16,880 nt of DNA from Candidatus Hadarchaeota archaeon. Its GTDB lineage: Archaea > CAYQAE01 > CAYVLA01. Shown here in pieces: positions 6,850 to 14,248 of this stretch. The stretch covers positions 1 through 16,880 of the forward strand of contig CAYVLA010000067.1 of the NCBI GenBank assembly GCA_964452145.1, written 5' to 3'. A program made the translations under genes and the position numbers. The notes under the pieces are model-generated. The model saw nothing but the letters and a program-made list of their open reading frames with translations, made no database searches and had not been told where the DNA came from. Numbering within the stretch: the stretch's first letter is position 1; every line of letters begins with the position of its first letter.

Positions 6850-8481
6850 ATGGAGACCGAACTTGAGGATGAGAGGGAGATTGAACTTGAGATCCTGGAG
6901 GATCTAAGGCGATCCGCGGTCTACTGGGACTATCTGGGACTCTACCTTGAGTCGCTAGACCCGGAGGGGATCGAGTACCAACTGTGGCGGCTGGAGGAGG
7001 CGATGCAGAAGAGCTTGGCCCTTGCCCGGTCTACCATCGAGGGCATGGTCGTCCTCCATCACAACCAGCAAGCAGAGTTGGCCGCCAGGCTTACGAAGTA
7101 CTACCCCTCCGAGATAACCAGACTACGTAGCGCCCTTCAGGTCGCAAGATGCGAGGACAAGCTGGGGATGGCGGAGAGGATACTGGACCGGCTTGGCGTG
7201 GACCTCTTGGAAGAGGGTCCCTCGACAGACCTCCTCAGATTCCTGATGATGATGGTCAAGGAGGAGGGAATCCCCCAGCTTCAGGATCTCTTCCACCAGC
7301 TTGACAGGCTCGAGGTCGACAGCATGGCAGATGCCGGTGAGATCACCTCCCGAAGCTGGCTCCACGAGGAACTGAAGAGAAGATGGCCCCTGTCCCTGGG
7401 CTCCCTGGGCGCGGACGCCCGAGGTCGAGCAATGGACGCCATACTCGGCTCGGCCAGACAGGCCAGGGAGCAACTCATCGAACTCATTGAAGAGGAGATC
7501 TACAGCGCCAAGAGAAGGCTCGGCCTGGTAGAGGAAGCGGCCAATGGAGAGATGAGAATGGCATTAGGAGATGCGAATGGTCCGAGTGAGGCCCCCGACT
7601 CTGGGAGACGCCTCCTGGTAAGAGGGCTTTCCTCAACGGTCAGGGCAGCCCACCCCGGTCTGCTACCCATGCTGCCCAGCGAGAAAGGACTCGTCGGGAT
7701 AGAGGAGTTTATAGGGAAGCTGGAGAGCTACGTAGATTCCGCCCTTTTCCTCAGACAGGAAATGTCCCGACTGTTTCCGGGCTCGATCCCCAGGGGATTG
7801 ATACTCCATGGGCCAACCGGCGTGGGGAAGACCGAATCCGTGAAGGTCGTTGCCCGCAACCTGCGGAAGAAGGGCAGGAAGGTCGACCTATACCTCGTGC
7901 CGACATCCAGTTTCCTCGCATCAGGTCTTGGGGAGAGCGACAAGAACATCGAAAGGCTCTTCCAGGAGGATCTGCCTTCCCTTCTCGACGGTGAGACCGG
8001 TCTAATCCTGGTCTTCGATGAACTCGACGGGATCGCAAGAACGAGGAGCAGCACATCCAATCCTCTTGATCGGATTCTCAATCTCCTCTTCATCTTGATA
8101 GACCAGGTGGATCCCCACGAGAGGCTCCTCATCATCGGCACAACCAACAGATTCGAACTCCTAGATCCCGCCATGATCAGAAGACTCGGACTGGCGGTGC
8201 TGTACATGCCACCCCCGCCCCAGGAGGCCCTGAGGAAGATCTGGAAGCACTTCCTTTCACAGCTCCGGTCAGAGGGCCTTCTTGAGGATGCCGACTACGG
8301 CGAGCTTGCCTCGTGCTCCCAAGGGCTCACCGGAGGGGAGATCGAGAATCTGATCTGTTCCCTCTTGTTGGAGAACTCGGACGGCCTGAGCATGGGTGTC
8401 AGACTGACCGGGGCTCAGATCAAGTCTGCCTTGACGGAGAGAATGGCCCCCCGGGTGACCGCAGCATTGCGGACGCAATGA
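6850..8481 (+). CDS. AAA+ ATPase (classic AAA clade) with a long alpha-helical N-terminal region
   Basis: Walker A GPTGVGKT, Walker B LILVFDELD, sensor 1 GTTNR, SRH LDPAMIRR and lid GLTGGEIENL. The start may lie upstream (CTG 6778). Confidence 0.88.
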   Translation: METELEDEREIELEILEDLRRSAVYWDYLGLYLESLDPEGIEYQLWRLEEAMQKSLALARSTIEGMVVLHHNQQAELAARLTKYYPSEITRLRSALQVARCEDKLGMAERILDRLGVDLLEEGPSTDLLRFLMMMVKEEGIPQLQDLFHQLDRLEVDSMADAGEITSRSWLHEELKRRWPLSLGSLGADARGRAMDAILGSARQAREQLIELIEEEIYSAKRRLGLVEEAANGEMRMALGDANGPSEAPDSGRRLLVRGLSSTVRAAHPGLLPMLPSEKGLVGIEEFIGKLESYVDSALFLRQEMSRLFPGSIPRGLILHGPTGVGKTESVKVVARNLRKKGRKVDLYLVPTSSFLASGLGESDKNIERLFQEDLPSLLDGETGLILVFDELDGIARTRSSTSNPLDRILNLLFILIDQVDPHERLLIIGTTNRFELLDPAMIRRLGLAVLYMPPPPQEALRKIWKHFLSQLRSEGLLEDADYGELASCSQGLTGGEIENLICSLLLENSDGLSMGVRLTGAQIKSALTERMAPRVTAALRTQ

Positions 8482-8490
8482 GGATGCGTC

Positions 8491-9468
8491 ATGACCTTGA
8501 AGAAGCCGGCAGGGCCGGTGAGATCCTCAGACTCCATGCTTGGGGAGACGATCGCCCACTATGACGCAGCCGCGGATGCCTACGATCAGCAATACACCTC
8601 CGCCCAGTGGAAGGTACGTCAAGCTCTAACAGTTGAGTCCCTGAGGGGCTACCTGCCGGATGACGGAATGCTCCTAGACGCTGGCGCCGGAACCGGAAGA
8701 TCCACGGAGATACTGATCTCGCCTAGCCGTGCCGGCAAGGTCGTATGCCTTGACGCCTCACGAGGGATGCTGCGCAAGCTTCGTGCCAAGCATGCAGGAT
8801 TGCTGAGGGCTGGCCGGATCTTTATCGTTCTAGGAGACGTACTTAGACTTCCCTTCAGCGACGCGGTCTTCGATTTCGTTTTCAGCCAGGGACTACCACT
8901 CAAGGTGCCAATATTCCAGAATCTTCCGGCCGAAGAGATCTCAAGGGTCTTGAAGACAGGATGCTACATGGCAACCATTGTCGGGACCATGGGCAACTCC
9001 GTCCTCGCAAAGCTGGTGGAAGGATCCGCCAAGAGCATGCAAAGAGGGGTCAGGCCTAGGGTGGGTCTACCCCAGATTCTCAGGTATGTGAGAGAGGGTA
9101 AGGTGGAGTGGGAGAACGCCTCCTACAGTTCCTATGCTCTGGAGGTAGATGAGCTGAAGGAGATATGTGTGAAGGCTGGCCTCACGATTGTCGAGATGAT
9201 CGGCAATCCGATGATTGTGCATCGGCTGTCCCGAGAGGCCATTGAGTTCCTCTTATCCGATCCGGCAACAGAGACGCAGATACTCGACCTCGAAAGGCTG
9301 CTTTCTAAAGAGAGTTCCATGATCGGGAACGCAGGCAATCTGCAGATCATCGCCAGAAAGGAGCCCCGCCCGCTAGATCATCACAATAGCAGGGAAGATC
9401 GGGGAGAGTCCGCCCAGCAGGGTTGGCAGTCCCCTTGGAGCCAGACGACCGAAGCCCTTAGATCGTGA
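8491..9468 (+). CDS. Class I SAM-dependent methyltransferase
   Basis: YDAAADAYD, motif I LLDAGAGTG, LDASRGML, GDVLRLPFSDAVFDFVFS and EISRVLKTG. It starts 9 nt after the AAA stop, which suggests an operon. Confidence 0.88.
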   Translation: MTLKKPAGPVRSSDSMLGETIAHYDAAADAYDQQYTSAQWKVRQALTVESLRGYLPDDGMLLDAGAGTGRSTEILISPSRAGKVVCLDASRGMLRKLRAKHAGLLRAGRIFIVLGDVLRLPFSDAVFDFVFSQGLPLKVPIFQNLPAEEISRVLKTGCYMATIVGTMGNSVLAKLVEGSAKSMQRGVRPRVGLPQILRYVREGKVEWENASYSSYALEVDELKEICVKAGLTIVEMIGNPMIVHRLSREAIEFLLSDPATETQILDLERLLSKESSMIGNAGNLQIIARKEPRPLDHHNSREDRGESAQQGWQSPWSQTTEALRS

Positions 9469-9820
9469 TTGTAGCACGTACTGTCCCCGTTACCTCCAAG
9501 ATTGCCCGTTCGTCAATAAGCGAGCCGACCGTCATCGATCTGTCACTTCCTTGTTCTGAGGCTGGTCCGCCTCGTCTCTCTCCACTTGTCGTAGGTTTCC
9601 ACCCCATCAGGTCCAATCCTGTGATATGATATGACGGTTCCCAGGGACTGTTGCTCTTCTTTCGTGCATAGGTTGAAAGGTGGGCTGTGTACAGTGAGAC
9701 GAATATCAGGAGCACCAGCATGTACGCCAGGCTCCAGTGTAGGAGAGCGACGGACAGAGCCGCAAAGAGAATAATGGCTACTATGCCAATCGTCCAAACC
9801 GTCCATAGCCTCTTGTTCAG
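9458..9820 (-). CDS. Small putative two-TM membrane protein (start uncertain, possibly 5'-truncated)
   Basis: Extending track ORF 9458..9721 upstream gives LNKRLWTVWTIGIVAIILFAALSVALLHWSLAYMLVLLIFVSLYTAHLSTYARKK, two hydrophobic helices flanked by K/R. There is no ATG/GTG/TTG before the upstream in-frame TGA; CTG 9820 follows AGGAG. Confidence 0.5.
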   Translation of the reverse strand: MNKRLWTVWTIGIVAIILFAALSVALLHWSLAYMLVLLIFVSLYTAHLSTYARKKSNSPWEPSYHITGLDLMGWKPTTSGERRGGPASEQGSDRSMTVGSLIDERAILEVTGTVRATITI

Positions 9821-9830
9821 TCGGTCAGTC

Positions 9831-10241
9831 TCCTGTTCGCCGAATCAACTCTTCTACCTGCCGACGAAGACCGGAATCCCGGACGAGAGCAAGGCGGAGA
9901 TCCGCAAGTGGCTTGATTGGGGCCGCAAGAACATCGACTACCTCATGGTCCGCAAGGATCTGCCGGACTGGCCCGCCGCCGGGAAGGTGGATGGCTCGGC
10001 GCACATCGTCGGCGACCGCGGATTCGTGTTCCTGTTCAACCCGAACGAGGAGACGCTGGAAGCCACGTTCCCACTCAGCGAGGAGGGGATTGGCCTGACA
10101 GCCAGGGGTCTTTTCCGGGTGTGGCAGCACCATCCCGCGGTGGATAGGGGCGTGGTGTTGGCGTACGGCGAAGTGGTTCGTTGGCAGGTGCCAGGCGAGA
10201 CGGCGGTCATCCTGGAGGTCGGGCTGACCAACCAGGGTTGA
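9831..10241 (+). pseudogene. 5'-truncated C-terminal fragment of a larger (glycoside-hydrolase-like) protein
   Basis: SCSPNQLFYLP...EIRKWLDWGRKNIDYL...GKVDGSAHIVGDRGFVFLFNPN...VPGETAVILEV resembles the end of a catalytic barrel plus a C-terminal beta-sandwich. Strong GC3 bias starts abruptly near 9831, and there is no credible start. Confidence 0.6.
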
Positions 10242-10297
10242 GAGAAGCATTTGTGGGTGTGCAACCGGCACATGCCACGGACCAGGAGAGCGATGGC

Positions 10298-10468
10298 ATG
10301 AACTCCAGGGAGAGATTCTTGAGGTGTGTTCAGTTCCAGCAAGTCGATCGTGCTCCGTTCACCGAGATCGCCTTTTGGCCTCAGACGATCGACAGGTGGC
10401 AAAAGGAGGATAATACACCTTTCGGAACTTGCCGGAAACTCTTATATCCCGAATCCGCGAGCTGCTGA
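10298..10468 (+). pseudogene. 3'-truncated N-terminus of a uroporphyrinogen-decarboxylase/methylcobamide methyltransferase (URO-D-like) family protein
   Basis: ATG 10298 after AGGAG gives MNSRERFLRCVQFQQVDRAPFTEIAFWPQTIDRWQKE, the typical M(T/N)xRERF...VDR.P...W.ETI.RW.KEG start. Similarity stops at ~10408 and the frame ends after 56 aa. Confidence 0.7.
10434..10447 (+). promoter_or_regulatory. Candidate BRE/TATA promoter of the sulfatase-like gene
   Basis: GGAAA-CT-CTTATAT ~30 nt upstream of TTG 10477. Confidence 0.55.
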
Positions 10469-10476
10469 GGAACTCC

Positions 10477-11805
10477 TTGGACGGGATCAACCTCCTGCTC
10501 ATCGGCGTCGATAGCCTCAGAGCCGATCATATGAGCTGCTATGGCTATTCCCGGCTCACCACTCCCCATATAGACCAGCTCGCCTCGAATGGAGTCCTCT
10601 TCGAGGAGGCCTTCAGCCCATACATACCCACCGTCCCAGGTTACACAGCTATGCTCACGGGGACCGACGTGATGACCAATCTAGCGGTTAACCTTGCACC
10701 CAGGGACCCTCTGCACCCCTCGATCAAGACGCTTGCCGAGATCCTCGCCCCAGAGGGATACGCATCTGCATGCATTGGATTTGACTCATGCTTCTTCCGC
10801 GGCTTTGACATCTACGAGACCTACGATGCGTGGGTGTCATGGGAGGACGCCCCGGCACGAAAGGCCGAGCTGCTGAATCGGAAGGCCCTTCCGGTGCTCG
10901 AATCCCTCTCAAAGGAGCCCTTCTTCATCTTACTGAGGCACATGGATCCCCATACTCCCTATCTCCCGCCTCCCCCCTTCCGCGATGCCTACTACGGCAG
11001 GGATCCCTGTGATATCTCCGTTCGCACAATGAAGCCGGTCCTCGACTTCAAGCCTTTTGCGGACTTCTTCCGCTCATGGATGCCGCCGGGAATCACGGAC
11101 GCCGATTGGGTCGTAGCGGCCTACGACGCGTCCCTGGCGTACATGGATGTATGCATCCGGCGAATCATGACCAGGCTTGAGGAACTCGACCTGCTTGACA
11201 AGACCCTGGTCGTCGTAACCTCCGACCACGGCGAGACCCTGACCGAGCACGGCATATACTTCGACCACCACGGGCTCTACGATCCGACCATCCGCATCCC
11301 GCTCATCTACCACCTGCCCGGGCTGGTTCCCGAGGGACGGAGGATTCGGGGCTTCGTTCTTCAGCAGGATCTTGCCCCGACCGTTCTGGAGCTGATGGGC
11401 TACGGAGAGGTCGCCTCGAAGGTCGGCATGGATGGGGCGAGTGTAGTGCCTGTCATCGAGGGTGGCAGGATCGCTGAGCGCTCCGAGTTCTACCTAACGG
11501 AGTGCACGTGGATGAGGAAGCGAGGCTGGCGGACGCCCCACTACAAGCTGATCCAGGCTCTAGAAGATGACATACACGGGAAGCCCCGGGTGGAGCTCTA
11601 CGACCTGATCGAAGACCCTGGCGAGGATCACAACGTTGCTGACGAAAGGCCGGAGGTCGTCCGGTCGTTGGCGGCGAGGATGGAGGCGTGGGTCGCGAAG
11701 CGGATGAAGGAAACCGGTGGGGCGGATCCCATGCTCCGCAACAGGCCATCATTTCAGGCCCAGGGGTATTCCGTGGGAAGTCTCGTACCCCGGCAGCGGC
11801 ACTGA
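10477..11805 (+). CDS. Sulfatase-like hydrolase (alkaline phosphatase superfamily) with Thr at the nucleophile position
   Basis: NLLLIGVDSLRADH, TPHID.LA..GV.F, PTVPGYTAMLTG, DPHTPY, TSDHGE, HHGLY and ELYDL..DPGE.HN. TTG 10477 is preferred over 10429 because of family N-terminus length, GAGGA upstream and TATA position. Confidence 0.9.
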   Translation: MDGINLLLIGVDSLRADHMSCYGYSRLTTPHIDQLASNGVLFEEAFSPYIPTVPGYTAMLTGTDVMTNLAVNLAPRDPLHPSIKTLAEILAPEGYASACIGFDSCFFRGFDIYETYDAWVSWEDAPARKAELLNRKALPVLESLSKEPFFILLRHMDPHTPYLPPPPFRDAYYGRDPCDISVRTMKPVLDFKPFADFFRSWMPPGITDADWVVAAYDASLAYMDVCIRRIMTRLEELDLLDKTLVVVTSDHGETLTEHGIYFDHHGLYDPTIRIPLIYHLPGLVPEGRRIRGFVLQQDLAPTVLELMGYGEVASKVGMDGASVVPVIEGGRIAERSEFYLTECTWMRKRGWRTPHYKLIQALEDDIHGKPRVELYDLIEDPGEDHNVADERPEVVRSLAARMEAWVAKRMKETGGADPMLRNRPSFQAQGYSVGSLVPRQRH

Positions 11806-11812
11806 AGTCGTC

Positions 11813-11828
11813 TATTTGCCTTTTTCTC
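11813..11828 (+). terminator. T-rich archaeal-type terminator candidate
   Basis: TATTTGCCTTTTTCTC begins 7 nt after the sulfatase stop codon. Confidence 0.4.
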
Positions 11829-11833
11829 GCTGT

Positions 11834-11853
11834 CGAGGCATTCTTAAGCCTCG
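11834..11853 (+). promoter_or_regulatory. TATA-like box inside an inverted repeat upstream of ybaN
   Basis: CGAGGC-ATTCTTAA-GCCTCG; the TTAA lies ~25 nt before GTG 11871, which fits a leaderless transcript. Confidence 0.4.
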
Positions 11854-11870
11854 GCGCGAAGCTGGGTACC

Positions 11871-12266
11871 GTGCCCAAGAGCCTTCGGCGGGGCCTTCTC
11901 GTCGTTGCGGGAACTGTTCTTGTCGCAATCGGCGTGGTCGGAATCGTTGTTCCCCTCCTACCCACGACCCCCTTTCTCCTCCTGGCGGCAGCCTGCTACC
12001 TGAGGGGATCCCAGAGGATGTATGATGGCCTCCTCAGGAACAGGATTCTTGGGGAGTATATAAGGAGCTATCGGGAGGGCCGGGGTCTCCCTGTCAGAAT
12101 CAAGGTCCTGACGATCTCCCTGCTCTGGATCACCATCGGCTACTCGGTGGTCTACGTGGTCGACCTCCTCTGGGTTCGCGTCATTCTCCTAGTGATCGCC
12201 ACCGGGGTTACGATCCACATTCTCTCGATCACGGGATGCAGAGGAAGGCGGTTTGGCGATGCATGA
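11871..12266 (+). CDS. ybaN: YbaN (DUF454) family membrane protein
   Basis: Hallmark GVVGIVVPLLPTTPFLLLAAACYLRGS...LL.N..LG.YI..Y..GRGLP...K. GTG 11871 gives a family-typical 131 aa. Confidence 0.9.
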   Translation: MPKSLRRGLLVVAGTVLVAIGVVGIVVPLLPTTPFLLLAAACYLRGSQRMYDGLLRNRILGEYIRSYREGRGLPVRIKVLTISLLWITIGYSVVYVVDLLWVRVILLVIATGVTIHILSITGCRGRRFGDA

Positions 12267-12442
12267 AGACAACTGGCTTCCCGCCGGTCTGAGACAGCGC
12301 AGAGAAGCGGCGCGGGCCAACCCCTTTCTCTAGGCAAGCACCAGGCCGTGCCTTGGCTGGCTTTGTGAGGACGAACCCGTCCAATCCGGATCCCCCTGCT
12401 GGGTCCACCGACGGGCTGTGACATATCCGGGATTTCGTGAAT

Positions 12443-12482
12443 GCTCTTTTTAAGAGCGAACCGCAGTCTGCGGGCCGGGTGA
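12443..12482 (+). promoter_or_regulatory. Catalase promoter: palindromic TATA region, second palindrome and RBS
   Basis: GCTCTT-TTT-AAGAGC (12443-12457) contains TTTTTAAG; CCGCAG-T-CTGCGG is at 12461-12473; GGGTGA (12477-12482) precedes TTG 12487. Confidence 0.55.
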
Positions 12483-12486
12483 TAGC

Positions 12487-13962
12487 TTGGCTGAGAAGAA
12501 GAAGCTCACAACCGCATCGGGAGCACCGGTGGACGATGACCAGAACAGCATCACGGCGGGGCCTACCGGGCCGGTTCTGATGCAGGATATTCACCTGGTG
12601 GAGAAGCTCGCGCACTTCAACCGCGAACGAATCCCGGAACGGGTCGTCCACGCGAAGGGTGCGGGCGCCTTCGGGTACTTCGAGGTCATGAATGACCTCA
12701 GCAAGTACACGATGGCCAAGTTCCTGTCCAAGGTCGGGAAGCGGACGGAGGTTGTTGCGCGTTTCTCCACTGTCGGTGGAGAGAAGGGATCGGCGGACGC
12801 CGAGCGCGATCCGCGTGGCTTCGCCGTGAAGTTCTACACAGAGGAGGGCAACTACGACTTCGTCGGCAACAACACCCCGGTGTTCTTCATCCGAGACCCG
12901 ATCAAGTTTCCGGATTTCATACACACCCAGAAGCGCAACCCCGCGACGAACACCAAGGATCCCGACATGTTCTGGGACTTCCTGTCCCTCACGCCGGAAT
13001 CCGTGCACCAGGTCACGATCCTCTTCTCCGACAGGGGTACGCCCAGGTCCTACAGGCACATGAATGGCTACAGCGGCCACACCTTCATGTGGTACAACGA
13101 ACGGGGCGAACACGTGTGGGTCAAGATTCACTTCATCACCGCCCAGAGAATCCAGAACTTCGCAGACGAGGAGGCGACCGAGATGAAGGGCAGGGACCCC
13201 GACCACGCAACCAGGGACCTCTTCGACGCCATCGAGAGGGGAGACTACCCAGCATGGGATGTCCACGTCCAGATCATGAAGCCGGAGGAAGCTGAGAAGT
13301 ACAGGTTCCACACCTTCGACATCACCAAGGTGTGGCCGCACGGCGACTATCCCTTAATACCTCTGGGTAGGATGGTACTCAACCGGAACCCGACCAACTA
13401 CTTCACGGACATAGAACAGGCGGCCTTCTCTCCCGCCAACCTCGTGCCCGGCATCGCCCCCTCGCCCGACAAGATGCTTCAGGGAAGGCTATTCGCATAC
13501 CACGATGCCCACCGCTACAGGCTGGGAGCCAACTACCAGCAGCTTCCCGTCAACCGCCCCAAGGGCATGGTCGCAAGCTACCAGCGGGACGGATTCATGC
13601 GCCAGAAGACCGAGTTCGAGGGAAGCCCCAACTACTACCCCAATAGCTTCGGGGGACCTGCCCCCGATCCCAGCGTTCGCTGGCCGGGCCTGGGAATGCC
13701 CGGCGCTTCCGGGCGCCACGCCTACAACCATCCCAACGACGACTTCGAGCAGCCCAGGGCCCTCTACAGCAAGGTGATGACCGACACGGACCGGGAGCAC
13801 CTGATCCACAACATCGTCGGCCACCTCAAGGGCGCCAGGAAGGAGATCCAGCTCCGTCAGACTGCCTTGTTCTACAAGGTCGATCCCGATTACGGCACGC
13901 GCGTTGCGAAGGGCCTTGGCCTGGACGCTGCGAAAGTCAAGAGCCTCGCAGCGGGCAGATAG
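12487..13962 (+). CDS. katA: Monofunctional small-subunit heme catalase
   Basis: Distal His signature [49 protein letters not shown] and proximal Tyr [14 protein letters not shown]; 491 aa. Confidence 0.97.
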   Translation: MAEKKKLTTASGAPVDDDQNSITAGPTGPVLMQDIHLVEKLAHFNRERIPERVVHAKGAGAFGYFEVMNDLSKYTMAKFLSKVGKRTEVVARFSTVGGEKGSADAERDPRGFAVKFYTEEGNYDFVGNNTPVFFIRDPIKFPDFIHTQKRNPATNTKDPDMFWDFLSLTPESVHQVTILFSDRGTPRSYRHMNGYSGHTFMWYNERGEHVWVKIHFITAQRIQNFADEEATEMKGRDPDHATRDLFDAIERGDYPAWDVHVQIMKPEEAEKYRFHTFDITKVWPHGDYPLIPLGRMVLNRNPTNYFTDIEQAAFSPANLVPGIAPSPDKMLQGRLFAYHDAHRYRLGANYQQLPVNRPKGMVASYQRDGFMRQKTEFEGSPNYYPNSFGGPAPDPSVRWPGLGMPGASGRHAYNHPNDDFEQPRALYSKVMTDTDREHLIHNIVGHLKGARKEIQLRQTALFYKVDPDYGTRVAKGLGLDAAKVKSLAAGR

Positions 13963-14065
13963 GGCCGTTACCCGAGCATCCTGGCCCCATCTTCGAGCGC
14001 TTCGATAGCTCTGCTCCTAGATGCCGATCCCTTCTGGCGAGGCAATCCCGGCATTAGGGCTGGCA

Positions 14066-14095
14066 CGGGATTCCGGGGGAGTGCGGGATTCCGGG
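14066..14095. repeat. 12-bp direct repeat CGGGATTCCGGG x2 (18-bp period)
   Basis: Copies at 14066-14077 and 14084-14095; AATCCCG at 14044-14050 is complementary to either copy. Confidence 0.6.
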
Positions 14096-14248
14096 TCACG
14101 CAGCAACGCGCCCAAGGAGGAAACTGATGGACAGGCTCGGAACGGCTGAATGCCAGCATGGATGCTATGGCCAGGGAATGCTCGACCTGTCGCGAGCAGT
14201 CCACCGCGCCATAGATATACCTGAGGATCGAGTGGGGAGTTGATTCAA

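Noticed and set aside
9687..9830. N-terminal 48 aa of the 184-aa track ORF
   Set aside because: It is antisense to the hydrophobic minus-strand ORF and differs in codon style from the part after 9831, so it is probably a chance extension.
11688..11870. Extended N-terminus of the YbaN ORF
   Set aside because: It overlaps the sulfatase 3' end, terminator and promoter-like signals; the family length fits GTG 11871.
12229..13341. 370-aa minus-strand ORF
   Set aside because: Antisense shadow of the catalase caused by high GC3; no recognisable motifs.
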